Source of the DNA: Shigella phage ESh17
Length of the DNA stretch: 64,000 nt
Reading direction: 5' to 3' (one strand)
Sequence record: ON528727
Part shown: positions 30,253 through 41,169 of the stretch, in pieces
How the letters are laid out: every line of letters begins with the position of its first letter
Numbering within the stretch: the stretch's first letter is position 1
Made by a program: the position numbers and the translations under genes
Notes under the pieces: model-generated
The model's database searches: none
Told to the model about the DNA's origin: nothing
What the model saw: only the letters and a program-made list of their open reading frames with translations

Positions 30253-33200
30253 TTATTCAATCCATTCAAATTTAACAGATTTATTCATTGGGTCAGGAAT
30301 AATGCGAACATTACCAATTCGTAAGAAATCACGAATAGTAAGATTCCCCATTGTAGCATTATCAGATGGCAAAGCACCGATATCAGACGGCTGAGGAGGG
30401 TTACCTCCATCAAATACCTGAACAAAACTCGACCAAGAATTTTTGGTTTTCTGCCATGTACGTGTCCAGCGAGTGGTACGTGCTTCTGGAGTCGTTGGAT
30501 AAGTAATCCAATCTTGGTAAAGCGAATCAAGTGTGTTACCAAACTGAGTCAATGTACCAGGAGATTTAACTTCTTCGCCACGTTCTAAGTATGGAAGTCC
30601 AGTCACTTCATTAGTTTTTTCAACCATTTTAAAATAACCCGGGAATTGGTTATAAGTAGCTGAATCATTAATATCGATTGACCAGAATCCTACAGTATCA
30701 GATGTCGGTGCACGGGTGTATAAATCAGCGGTTTTAGTACCCTGAGAACGAATTCTCGAGTTAACAGTTAAACCACCTGAATTTATAGTAGCACCTTTGG
30801 CAATGATTAAGCTTTCACCAATCGTTACTTGACCGGACTGATTGTTAATAGCTAAAGGACGTAATCCATTAAATCCGCCAGTCTGATCACCCGATGCAGT
30901 AAGCATGAAATAGGTGTTAGCAGCATCGTTGCGAATAAAGAATCCATAATCACCGTTTATTGCTCTGAAAGCATTTGCAGACTTGCTGATGAATTCACCA
31001 TTAGCAGTAACTGAACTACCAAATGTTGCAACGCCGCCCGCGTTCAAAGAACCCGAAGCATTAACGTTTATCGGCATCACAGTACCATTGATACTAAACG
31101 TTATATTCCCAGCTTTATTACGTTGAGAATAAAAGTGATTAGACGTTTCATCGCCAACCTCAAATACAGTAGAACGTGTTGTATCTGAACCGCCACCAAA
31201 CTGATTTCCCCAAACTCTGATAGTCATCGTCTGTACTGGGTTAGTTCCAGTTTGAGGTCCTTTCTCAAAAATCAGACGAGTTGCCGTTCCAGTATTAGAA
31301 ATAGTTAATGTGCTGTTTGCCGAAACTGATCCGCCAAACGTAGCAGTACTAGATGATACAAGAGGGGCACTCAGATTCGTTTGTTGGGTTAAGGTTAGTG
31401 AACCATTAACCGTCTGTGCAATATCCCTACGAATGAATTGAGATGAATCTAGACCATCTAATAAATTTGCGTCAGCAGCCTTTGCTTTTAATGGCAAATA
31501 GTTAGCGAGTACACGGTTTAATTCGTATGGTGATACTGCATAGCTATTTTTCTCGTATAATTCTAACGACTGTGTTGAACCAACTGTATCATTACCAACG
31601 AATGTAATTGAACCAGATGAAGTTTTAACAAAGCCTCTTATCGCAGTAGTTGCTGCCCAAGTAGGTTCACTCTGCACAATCCATTTTAAATTTTTTGGAG
31701 ATACAGCAGTATTTGCTGACGTTCCAGTCACAGTTTCAGACTGAGTTGCAACTTTAATAACGCCTTCTTGCGATTCGGTAGATTTAGTACCTAAAAGCTT
31801 TTTAGGAGTTATTAAAACATTATCTAATGTTCCTGCAGCAGCTTCAACTTGTGTAGCTACACGAAGTGTACCACGCTGTGTCTCATTTGCTTCAAGAATA
31901 TTAAGGGTATAATGGTCCCAGAGAGTTCCTGATTCAACTAATCCAGATAGAGCAACAACAGAAGTACGATCAGTACTATTAAATCTAGTTTTAATTTTTA
32001 ATGGTGTAGAGATACGAGTATCGTCGACGCCTGCGTCGAATTCAACTTGTGTAGCAATTTCAGCTATACCACTTAAACTTTCAGTTGCTCTACGGTCATT
32101 TAAAGTTTTAGGAGTGACTGCACGAGTATAATCAGTTCCTGCATTAACTTCACTTTGCGTAGCAATTTCAATTAAACCAATTCTTCCATCAGTTGATGTC
32201 TTTTTATGTAACGTTTCTGGCGTTACAACCGCATTTGCCCATCCTTCTTGGCTTTGTCCAGCAATTACTTCGCTTTCAACTGCTAAAATTACTGCACCTT
32301 GTTGTGTTGGAGTAGCTTTATACTGATCCAGAGCTTTAGGCGAAACAACTAAATTATTAGTGTTTTTATTATAAACGTTTGTACCATTTAATTCACGACT
32401 AGAAGCTGGAGTAGCTCCTGCGGTAGATACAAAGGTTACAATACCAGATAATGATTCAGAACCCTGACGAGCTTGAAGCTTTTTAGGAGTGATGATTGTA
32501 GTATCATCAGTACCTGCATTAGTTTCCTGTTGCGTAGCAATTTCAGCAACACCTCTGCGAGTTTCTGTAGCAGTTCTTTCATTCAGCTTTTTAGGAGTGA
32601 TGATAATATCATCAGCAAAAGAGAATGTGGTGTTCTGATTCACTTGAGCAGTTGTTGCTATTCTTGCGATACCTCTACGAGTTTCTGTAGCAGTACGGTT
32701 AGCTAATGTTTCTGGAGTAATTGCTAATTCTTTTTGTGGAGAATTTTCTAAATCGGCATTAGCTTGAGCTTGTGTAGCTAAAGCAATTACGCCTAATCTT
32801 GCTCTAGTAGAATCATTCAAAGAGTCTACTCTTTCTACGGTTGGAACGTTTTGTTGTACAACCCAGTATTTTCCATCAGAATCTTCTATATAAGCAAGTT
32901 GTAAAACTGGAACATAATTAGTTTCACCGTTAAAAACTAATTCTTGAACAGTTACCCATTTAGTTTCAGGCGGATATTCTGAACGTTTTGGGAATTGCAG
33001 CAATTGAACTGAAGAAGCAATTTTATCTTCACCGGCAGCTTTGATTTTAACTGTTTGTCCTTTTCTCATGTAATTCATGGAAATTTTAACAGTATCACCA
33101 ACGGAGATATTAGTAGGAAGCTGAAGCTCAATTGTTTGAGTTGTTCCGTTATTCGCACCAAATACCATAACTTCTTCGTTTGGACGAATATTAGAATTAG

Positions 33201-34122
33201 TCGTTATAATGCGTAAACGTGCTTTACTATCCCCGTCAAACAATCTCCACAATTTCTCATTATCATCAAACATCAAGAAACCGTCAATCGATGTACGGCC
33301 TTCAATGGAATGAGTTCCAACTTCTTGCACTGAAGTCGTTTCATCGTATGTAGTAACAATTGTATGATAAAGTGGATTCAGTTTATCTAAATCAACGAAA
33401 TTAATAATATCGCCATGATTAGCAAATCTCGGAAGTTTAATATTTATCGGTGCAGCAGAAGTAAATCTACGTACGATAAAATCGTTGGATTGCGCTTGAT
33501 AAGTATTCGCTGGTGTTACAACTACAGCTTCTCTGCTATAATCAGCTACATACATTTGCCACAGACGATTACTAAAAATTAAAACTAACTGTGACTTTGG
33601 ATGAGTCATTAGTACTGAACGTACTTGCTCGCCTCTGAAGTTTACAATACTTTGCACTGGAGCTACAATTAAAACTTGGTTAACTCCAGGTTTTCCTCCA
33701 ATGTCTTGGAGAACGATAGTATCACCGTCAATTGGAGTAGATGGTAAAGTAAATGTAATATCATTACCAGCTGCAGTGTTAACCGAAATAGCTTCACCGG
33801 ATTTTAATTGATATGAACCAGATGAGACTGTAATCCAGTTAGCATCGGTACGTAATGCTCTCCAGCGTCCACTATTAAAAGCTCCTGCCGGTTTTGGAAT
33901 ATCATTTATAGCAGCCCAAAAGCGGTTATCATAAATGATTACAAAATCTTTTAAATATCCACGAGTTGGATCGTATTGTTGAACTGTGTTTTCTTGAATT
34001 AGGTAATCAACGTTAACACCGTCAGTTCCTACGGCACGATCAGCTAAAGCTACGTTGATTATTTTATCGCCACCTGCGTCCAGACCATCTTCTGCTCTGA
34101 ACTTTCTTTTAATCTCGGCCAT
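30253..34122 (-). CDS. 34: gp34 long tail fibre proximal subunit
   Basis: 1289 aa equals T4 gp34 length; internal ATETRRG-type repeats. Confidence 0.95.
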   Translation of the reverse strand: MAEIKRKFRAEDGLDAGGDKIINVALADRAVGTDGVNVDYLIQENTVQQYDPTRGYLKDFVIIYDNRFWAAINDIPKPAGAFNSGRWRALRTDANWITVSSGSYQLKSGEAISVNTAAGNDITFTLPSTPIDGDTIVLQDIGGKPGVNQVLIVAPVQSIVNFRGEQVRSVLMTHPKSQLVLIFSNRLWQMYVADYSREAVVVTPANTYQAQSNDFIVRRFTSAAPINIKLPRFANHGDIINFVDLDKLNPLYHTIVTTYDETTSVQEVGTHSIEGRTSIDGFLMFDDNEKLWRLFDGDSKARLRIITTNSNIRPNEEVMVFGANNGTTQTIELQLPTNISVGDTVKISMNYMRKGQTVKIKAAGEDKIASSVQLLQFPKRSEYPPETKWVTVQELVFNGETNYVPVLQLAYIEDSDGKYWVVQQNVPTVERVDSLNDSTRARLGVIALATQAQANADLENSPQKELAITPETLANRTATETRRGIARIATTAQVNQNTTFSFADDIIITPKKLNERTATETRRGVAEIATQQETNAGTDDTTIITPKKLQARQGSESLSGIVTFVSTAGATPASSRELNGTNVYNKNTNNLVVSPKALDQYKATPTQQGAVILAVESEVIAGQSQEGWANAVVTPETLHKKTSTDGRIGLIEIATQSEVNAGTDYTRAVTPKTLNDRRATESLSGIAEIATQVEFDAGVDDTRISTPLKIKTRFNSTDRTSVVALSGLVESGTLWDHYTLNILEANETQRGTLRVATQVEAAAGTLDNVLITPKKLLGTKSTESQEGVIKVATQSETVTGTSANTAVSPKNLKWIVQSEPTWAATTAIRGFVKTSSGSITFVGNDTVGSTQSLELYEKNSYAVSPYELNRVLANYLPLKAKAADANLLDGLDSSQFIRRDIAQTVNGSLTLTQQTNLSAPLVSSSTATFGGSVSANSTLTISNTGTATRLIFEKGPQTGTNPVQTMTIRVWGNQFGGGSDTTRSTVFEVGDETSNHFYSQRNKAGNITFSINGTVMPINVNASGSLNAGGVATFGSSVTANGEFISKSANAFRAINGDYGFFIRNDAANTYFMLTASGDQTGGFNGLRPLAINNQSGQVTIGESLIIAKGATINSGGLTVNSRIRSQGTKTADLYTRAPTSDTVGFWSIDINDSATYNQFPGYFKMVEKTNEVTGLPYLERGEEVKSPGTLTQFGNTLDSLYQDWITYPTTPEARTTRWTRTWQKTKNSWSSFVQVFDGGNPPQPSDIGALPSDNATMGNLTIRDFLRIGNVRIIPDPMNKSVKFEWIE

Positions 34123-34156
34123 TCTCCCGGGCTCCTATTGTGTTTTCAATAATAAG

Positions 34157-34164
34157 TATTTATA
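34157..34164 (-). promoter_or_regulatory. late promoter TATAAATA for gene 34
   Basis: tatttata on plus strand upstream of minus-strand gene 34. Confidence 0.55.
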
Positions 34165-34167
34165 CTT

Positions 34168-34197
34168 GTTTACTTTAAGATTCGGATGGTATATAAT
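34168..34197 (+). promoter_or_regulatory. T4 early-type promoter for rnh (divergent from gene 34)
   Basis: gtttac 34168-34173, tataat 34192-34197. Confidence 0.55.
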
Positions 34198-34226
34198 AAA
34201 AATCTCACTAATTGAACGAGGTTCAT

Positions 34227-35144
34227 ATGGATTTAGAAATGATGCTGGATGAAGATTACAAAGAAGGAATCTGCTTAATTGACTTTAGTCAAATTGCGCT
34301 TTCAACTGCTTTGGTAAACTTTCCAGATAAAGAAAAAATTAATTTATCAATGGTTCGTCATTTGATATTGAACTCAATTAAGTTTAATGTCAAAAAAGCA
34401 AAAACTCTTGGATACACTAAAATTATATTGTGTATTGATAACGCGAAATCTGGATACTGGCGTCGTGATTTTGCTTATTATTATAAGAAAAACCGTGGAA
34501 AAGCACGAGAAGAATCTACTTGGGACTGGGAAGGTTATTTTGAATCCAGTCATAAAGTTATAGATGAATTGAAAGCTTATATGCCATACATTGTTATGGA
34601 TATTGATAAGTATGAAGCAGATGACCACATTGCTGTTCTTGTTAAAAAGTTCTCTTTAGAAGGACATAAGATTTTAATCATTTCGTCGGATGGTGACTTT
34701 ACACAGCTTCACAAATACCCAAATGTTAAGCAATGGTCACCGATGCACAAGAAATGGGTTAAAATTAAAAGCGGTTCTGCTGAAATTGACTGTATGACTA
34801 AAATCCTTAAAGGCGACAAAAAGGATAACGTTGCTTCAGTTAAAGTACGATCTGACTTTTGGTTTACCAGAGTTGAAGGTGAACGAACTCCTTCAATGAA
34901 AACTTCAATCGTTGAAGCTATTGCTAATGACCGTGAGCAAGCTAAGGTGCTTCTCACAGAATCTGAATATAATCGTTATAAAGAAAATTTAGTTCTAATT
35001 GATTTTGATTATATTCCTGATAATATTGCTTCAAACATTGTGAATTACTATAATTCATATAAATTACCACCTCGTGGCAAAATTTATTCATATTTTGTAA
35101 AAGCGGGTCTTTCTAAATTAACTAATAGCATTAATGAATTTTGA
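34227..35144 (+). CDS. rnh: RNase H (5'-3' exonuclease)
   Basis: 305 aa from MDLEMMLDEDY; matches T4 RNase H. Confidence 0.9.
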   Translation: MDLEMMLDEDYKEGICLIDFSQIALSTALVNFPDKEKINLSMVRHLILNSIKFNVKKAKTLGYTKIILCIDNAKSGYWRRDFAYYYKKNRGKAREESTWDWEGYFESSHKVIDELKAYMPYIVMDIDKYEADDHIAVLVKKFSLEGHKILIISSDGDFTQLHKYPNVKQWSPMHKKWVKIKSGSAEIDCMTKILKGDKKDNVASVKVRSDFWFTRVEGERTPSMKTSIVEAIANDREQAKVLLTESEYNRYKENLVLIDFDYIPDNIASNIVNYYNSYKLPPRGKIYSYFVKAGLSKLTNSINEF

Positions 35145-35152
35145 GGTGAATA

Positions 35153-35422
35153 ATGGCTAAAAAAGAAATGGTTGAATTTGATGAAGCTATCCATGGCGAA
35201 GACTTGGCTAAATTTATTAAAGAAGCATCTGATCATAAACTGAAAATTTCCGGTTATAATGAACTGATTAAAGATATTCGAATTCGTGCCAAAGATGAAC
35301 TTGGCGTTGATGGTAAGATGTTTAATCGTCTGTTAGCTTTGTATCATAAAGATAACCGTGATGTGTTTGAAGCTGAAACTGAAGAGGTAGTTGAACTTTA
35401 TGACACAGTTTTCTCTAAATGA
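35153..35422 (+). CDS. dsbA: dsDNA-binding protein DsbA
   Basis: 89 aa; T4 DsbA size and position. Confidence 0.85.
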   Translation: MAKKEMVEFDEAIHGEDLAKFIKEASDHKLKISGYNELIKDIRIRAKDELGVDGKMFNRLLALYHKDNRDVFEAETEEVVELYDTVFSK

Positions 35423-35738
35423 TATTCGTCCGGTCGATGAGACCGGTCTTTCAGAAAAAGAACTTTCAATTAAGAAAGAAAAGGATGAAATTGCAAAGCT
35501 TCTTGACCGCCAAGAAAATGGATTTATTATTGAAAAAATGGTAGAAGAGTTTGGAATGAGTTATCTTGAAGCTACAACAGCATTCTTAGAAGAAAATTCT
35601 ATTCCTGAAACTCAATTTGCTAAATTTATTCCTTCGGGTATAATTGAAAAAATTCAGTCAGAAGCTATTGACGAAAATCTTTTACGTCCTTCTGTTGTTC
35701 GTTGTGAAAAAACTAATACATTAGATTTTCTATTATGA
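35400..35738 (+). CDS. 33: late transcription co-activator gp33
   Basis: 112 aa from MTQFSLNDIRP. Confidence 0.85.
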   Translation: MTQFSLNDIRPVDETGLSEKELSIKKEKDEIAKLLDRQENGFIIEKMVEEFGMSYLEATTAFLEENSIPETQFAKFIPSGIIEKIQSEAIDENLLRPSVVRCEKTNTLDFLL

Positions 35739-36388
35739 TTAAACTCCGCATGCCTGCTGGTGGTGAAAGATATATTGATGGTAAATCAGTTTATAAATTA
35801 TACTTAATGATAAAACAACATATGAATGGAAAGTATGATGTAATTAAGTATAATTGGTGCATGCGGGTGTCTGATGCCGCTTATCAAAAGCGAAGGGATA
35901 AGTATTTTTTCCAGAAGTTATCAGAAAAATATAAATTAAAGGAACTTGCTTTAATCTTTATAAGCAATCTGGTTGCTAACCAAGATGCTTGGATTGGTGA
36001 CATCTCTGACGCTGATGCACTTGTGTTTTATCGTGAATATATCGGACGCTTAAAGCAAATTAAATTTAAGTTTGAAGAAGATATTCGCAATATTTACTAT
36101 TTTAGTAAAAAAGTTGAAGTTTCTGCTTTTAAAGAAATCTTTGAGTATAATCCAAAAGTTCAATCAAGTTATATTTTTAAACTACTTCAATCGAATATAA
36201 TTTCGTTTGAGACGTTTATCTTGCTTGATTCGTTTTTAAATATAATCGATAAACATGATGAACAGACTGATAATTTAGTCTGGAATAATTATTCTATAAA
36301 GTTAAAGGCTTATAGAAAAATTTTAAATATTGATTCACAGAAAGCTAAAAGTGTTTTTATTGAAACTGTGAAATCTTGTAAGTATTAA
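35735..36388 (+). CDS. 59: helicase loader gp59
   Basis: 217 aa; T4 gp59 size and position. Confidence 0.9.
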   Translation: MIKLRMPAGGERYIDGKSVYKLYLMIKQHMNGKYDVIKYNWCMRVSDAAYQKRRDKYFFQKLSEKYKLKELALIFISNLVANQDAWIGDISDADALVFYREYIGRLKQIKFKFEEDIRNIYYFSKKVEVSAFKEIFEYNPKVQSSYIFKLLQSNIISFETFILLDSFLNIIDKHDEQTDNLVWNNYSIKLKAYRKILNIDSQKAKSVFIETVKSCKY

Positions 36389-36396
36389 TTGCTTAT

Positions 36397-36404
36397 TATA
36401 AATA
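36397..36404 (+). promoter_or_regulatory. late promoter TATAAATA upstream of gene 32
   Basis: Exact TATAAATA. Confidence 0.5.
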
Positions 36405-36421
36405 GATTATAATTATCTCAC

Positions 36422-36453
36422 TGACCAGCTATGAGGTCATACATCGTCATAGC
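36422..36453 (+). promoter_or_regulatory. gene 32 autoregulatory translational operator (H-type pseudoknot)
   Basis: Stem1 tgacc/ggtca, stem2 gctatga/tcatagc, followed by A/U-rich tract before ATG 36488. Confidence 0.7.
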
Positions 36454-36487
36454 ACCAACTGTTAATTAAATTAAAAAGGAAATAAAA

Positions 36488-37396
36488 ATGTTTAAACGTA
36501 AATCTACTGCTGAACTCGCTGCACAAATGGCTAAACTGGCTGGAAATAAAGGTGGTTTTTCTTCTGAAGATAAAGGCGAGTGGAAACTGAAACTCGACAA
36601 TGCGGGTAACGGTCAAGCAGTAATTCGTTTTCTTCCGTCTAAAAATGATGAACAAGCACCATTCGCAATTCTTGTAAATCACGGTTTCAAGAAAAACGGT
36701 AAATGGTATATTGAAAACTGTTCATCTACCCACGGTGATTACGATTCTTGTCCAGTATGTCAGTACATCAATAAAAATGATTTGTACAACACTGACAATA
36801 AAGAATACGGTCTTGTTAAACGTAAAACTTCTTACTGGGCTAACATTCTTGTTGTAAAAGACCCAGCTGCTCCAGAAAATGAAGGTAAAGTATTTAAATA
36901 CCGTTTCGGTAAGAAAATCTGGGATAAAATCAATGCAATGATTGCAGTTGATGTTGAAATGGGTGAAACTCCGGTTGATGTAACTTGTCCGTGGGAAGGT
37001 GCTAACTTTGTACTGAAAGTTAAACAAGTTTCTGGTTTTAGTAACTACGACGAATCTAAATTCCTGAATCAATCTGCGATTCCAAACATTGATGATGAAT
37101 CTTTCCAGAAAGAACTGTTCGAACAAATGGTTGACCTTTCTGAAATGACTTCTAAAGATAAATTCAAATCGTTTGAAGAACTGAGCACTAAGTTCAGTCA
37201 AGTTATGGGAACTGCTGCTATGGGTGGTGCCGCAGCAACTGCTGCTAAGAAAGCCGATAAAGTTGCTGATGATTTGGATGCATTTAATGTTGATGACTTC
37301 AAAACAAAAACTGAAGATGATTTTATGAGCTCAAGCTCTGGCAGTTCATCTAGTGCTGATGACACGGACCTGGATGACCTTTTGAATGACCTTTAA
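36488..37396 (+). CDS. 32: ssDNA-binding protein gp32
   Basis: 302 aa; matches remembered T4 gp32 including acidic Ser-rich tail. Confidence 0.95.
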   Translation: MFKRKSTAELAAQMAKLAGNKGGFSSEDKGEWKLKLDNAGNGQAVIRFLPSKNDEQAPFAILVNHGFKKNGKWYIENCSSTHGDYDSCPVCQYINKNDLYNTDNKEYGLVKRKTSYWANILVVKDPAAPENEGKVFKYRFGKKIWDKINAMIAVDVEMGETPVDVTCPWEGANFVLKVKQVSGFSNYDESKFLNQSAIPNIDDESFQKELFEQMVDLSEMTSKDKFKSFEELSTKFSQVMGTAAMGGAAATAAKKADKVADDLDAFNVDDFKTKTEDDFMSSSSGSSSSADDTDLDDLLNDL

Positions 37397-37418
37397 TAGA
37401 TTATATTACTAATTAATT

Positions 37419-37443
37419 GGGGACCTCTAGGGTCCCCTTTTTT
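37419..37443 (+). terminator. intrinsic terminator after gene 32
   Basis: ggggacctctagggtcccc + tttttt. Confidence 0.75.
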
Positions 37444-37468
37444 ATTTCAAAAATTTTTTCACAAAACG

Positions 37469-37498
37469 GTTTACATCCTTGTCCTTCCATGGTACTAT
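37469..37498 (+). promoter_or_regulatory. T4 early-type promoter (repeated cassette)
   Basis: gtttac 37469-37474, tactat 37493-37498. Confidence 0.6.
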
Positions 37499-37541
37499 AC
37501 AACTATCGGCAATACTGCTGATGATTAAAGAGGAAAATAAT

Positions 37542-37769
37542 ATGGCTAAAGTTGATATTGACATCGTTGATTTTGAATATATCGAAGAAATTATTCGTAA
37601 TCGTTATCCTGAACTTAGTATCACAAGCGTGCAAGATTCTAAGTTTTGGAGTATTCAAATCGTTATTGAAGGTCCTCTTGAAGACCTCACCCGCTTTATG
37701 GCTAATGAGTATTGTGATGGTATGGATTCTGAAGACGCAGAATTTTACATGGGACTGATTGAACAATAA
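37542..37769 (+). CDS. hypothetical protein (75 aa from ATG)
   Basis: Track ORF 37479 trimmed because the promoter lies inside it. Confidence 0.45.
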   Translation: MAKVDIDIVDFEYIEEIIRNRYPELSITSVQDSKFWSIQIVIEGPLEDLTRFMANEYCDGMDSEDAEFYMGLIEQ

Positions 37770-37815
37770 TTATCAAGGGGCTATTTGATAGCCCCGTTAA
37801 ACTGAGGAAATCAAA

Positions 37816-38202
37816 ATGGAAGTTGGAAAAACTTATATCATTAACCCTTTATTTAAAAATGACTTTGCTAACGAGTGCCGTTGCAATGTAATGATGCTAA
37901 ATTTAATAGAGAAGCACGGACCTAGTTTTGTTGTAGATGAAATGGAAAGTGATGATTGTGCTGGTGAATGTGTGGTACGTGTAACTATGGAAGATGGCAC
38001 TAAATACATGGCGGGTGGCCCACTTGAGACGTATTTTGAGATTTACTCTGAAGAATTCAAATACTTTACTGAGGTAACTTTAGAAAAGCCTCAATCCGCT
38101 AATGAAGGTATAGTTTCTGGCGTAACAAAAATTCACTGCATTGTTGACGAAAACAATGTAGATGAAATCATTGAACTTTTGCGAAAAACTTTCAAAAAGT
38201 AG
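37816..38202 (+). CDS. hypothetical protein (128 aa)
   Basis: ORF track. Confidence 0.5.
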   Translation: MEVGKTYIINPLFKNDFANECRCNVMMLNLIEKHGPSFVVDEMESDDCAGECVVRVTMEDGTKYMAGGPLETYFEIYSEEFKYFTEVTLEKPQSANEGIVSGVTKIHCIVDENNVDEIIELLRKTFKK

Positions 38203-38231
38203 TTTACAACAGGGTAGTAGTGTGATACTAT
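38202..38231 (+). promoter_or_regulatory. T4 early-type promoter
   Basis: gtttac 38202-38207, tactat 38226-38231. Confidence 0.55.
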
Positions 38232-38259
38232 TACCCTATCAACTACTGAGGAGAATAAA

Positions 38260-38502
38260 ATGAGATTACAACGCCAGAGCATCAAAGATTCAGAAGTTAG
38301 AGGTAAATGGTATTTTAATATCATCGGTAAAGATTCTGATCTCGTTGAAAAAGCTGAACATCTTTTACGTGACATGGGATGGGAAGATGAATGCGATGGA
38401 TGTCCTCTTTATGAAGACGGAGAAAGCGCAGGATTTTGGATTTACCATTCTGACGTCGAGCAGTTTAAAGCTGATTGGAAAATTGTGAAAAAGTCTGTTT
38501 GA
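38260..38502 (+). CDS. hypothetical protein (80 aa)
   Basis: ORF track. Confidence 0.5.
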   Translation: MRLQRQSIKDSEVRGKWYFNIIGKDSDLVEKAEHLLRDMGWEDECDGCPLYEDGESAGFWIYHSDVEQFKADWKIVKKSV

Positions 38503-38511
38503 GGAAATATA

Positions 38512-39332
<821 letters not shown>

Positions 39333-39340
39333 AATAACGC

Positions 39341-39700
39341 GTGGCGGAAAATATGAATTTTAATTATTACCCTATTCTATTAGAAAAAGACGCGAAACAG
39401 CCAAAGTGGCAGGGTCCTCAGTTTATTAAAGGTGTCTATCAATTAGTAGTTCCTAAAGACAAGATTTATAGCAGTTGTTTCACTGAATCCGCTTGCAGTA
39501 TTTTCGGTAATAGTTCTCCGTATTGGAATTTTGACATAAAGCTGGATAGAAATATCGATATTTGGTTGAAAGCTATGGATATTGGTAATATTACGTTTGA
39601 TGAGAATAATTATCATATTATTGGTCGCTTTTCCAAACGCGGTAAAGAATTATATTTCACGCCTGAAATTGAGAGAAAATTTGATGCTAAACCGTATTGA
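39341..39700 (+). CDS. hypothetical protein in frd-td insertion (ATG 39353 likely start)
   Basis: ORF track (GTG 39341); no recognisable motif. Confidence 0.5.
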   Translation: MAENMNFNYYPILLEKDAKQPKWQGPQFIKGVYQLVVPKDKIYSSCFTESACSIFGNSSPYWNFDIKLDRNIDIWLKAMDIGNITFDENNYHIIGRFSKRGKELYFTPEIERKFDAKPY

Positions 39701-39744
39701 TTATTAGCTTCATAAAATGTATTATAATTTATATAAGGTACTAA

Positions 39745-40605
39745 ATGAAACAATACCAAGATTTAATTAAAGACATTTTTGAAAATGGTTATGAAACCGA
39801 TGACCGAACAGGCACAGGAACAATTGCTTTGTTCGGTACTAAATTACGCTGGGATTTAACTAAAGGTTTTCCTGCAGTAACAACTAAGAAGCTCGCCTGG
39901 AATGCATGTATTGCTGAGCTTCTATGGTTTATTTCCGGTTCTACCAATGTTAATGATTTACGTCTTCGCACTCATGGTAGTCTTATTCAAGGTAAAACTA
40001 TTTGGGACGATAACTATGAAAACCAGGCTAAAGACCTAGGATATCATAGTGGTGAACTTGGTCCAATTTATGGAAAACAGTGGCGTGATTTTGGCGGTGT
40101 AGACCAAATTATAGAAGTTATTGATCGTATTAAAAAACTGCCAAATGATAGGCGTCAAATTGTTTCTGCATGGAATCCAGCTGAACTTAAATATATGGCA
40201 TTACCGCCTTGTCATATGTTCTATCAATTTAATGTTCGTAACGGATACCTTGACCTCCAGTGGTATCAACGTTCGGTAGATGTTTTCCTCGGTCTTCCAT
40301 TTAATATTGCATCATATGCTACGTTAGTTCATATTGTAGCTAAGATGTGTAATCTTATTCCGGGAGATTTGATATTTTCTGGCGGTAATACTCATATCTA
40401 TATGAATCACGTAGAACAATGTAAAGAAATTTTACGTCGTGAACCTATGGATTTATGCGAATTGCAATTAAAATTTCCAGATGAATTTGATGAATGGGAC
40501 ACAGAGTCGCAGGTATTTTGGTTGAGTCAATTCGCAAAGCCGCATAATTTTGTTCTTAACAACTATGAATCACACCCTCCTATTAAAGGAAAGATGGCGG
40601 TGTAA
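39745..40605 (+). CDS. td: thymidylate synthase (intron-less)
   Basis: 286 aa contiguous ORF; active-site PCH motif. Confidence 0.95.
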
Positions 40606-40625
40606 TTTTATTATTGCGAGGATAT

Positions 40626-40889
40626 ATGATTTTACGATTTAAAGATACTTCTGGCGTTGTTCTTTTTACACTTCCTAACCCAAGCGAGTTAGAAGTTCCA
40701 GGACCAGAACAGCCTATTACCATTTATGGTAAAAAATACTATACTCATAAAATGACTCGTGAGTATTTTGATAATAAAATTTCCACAGTTAAAACTTCTT
40801 CCGATTGTTACTATGATATTACTGTATTAACGGAAAAACAATATGACGAATTATTCCAGCGTGGGCCGTCTATGCCGGGTAGTGAATAA
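40626..40889 (+). CDS. hypothetical protein (87 aa from ATG)
   Basis: ORF track (TTG 40614). Confidence 0.45.
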
Positions 40890-41169
40890 ATACAAATCCG
40901 ACTTTGATGTTAATATTCACCGTGGTACATTTTGGGGAAATTACGTCGGTAAAGATGCTGGCAGCCGGGAGGCTGCCATTGAATTATTCAAAAAAGATTT
41001 TATACGTCGAATTAAATCCGGAGAAATAACTAAAGCACATTTAGAGCCTTTACGTGGAATGAGGCTAGGATGCACATGTAAACCAAAGCCGTGTCATGGT
41101 GATATAATAGCTCATATAGTTAACCGATTGTTTAAAGACGATTTTCAAGTTGAGGACTTATGCAATTAA
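40843..41169 (+). CDS. hypothetical protein with C-x-C...C-H motif (108 aa)
   Basis: ORF track; [14 protein letters not shown] motif. Confidence 0.5.

Noticed and set aside
36722-37201. 159-aa minus-strand ORF inside gene 32
   Set aside because: Antisense to the strongly supported gp32 coding sequence.
39341-39700. Homing endonuclease in the frd-td insertion
   Set aside because: No GIY-YIG, HNH or LAGLIDADG signature in the 115-119 aa translation; left as hypothetical.
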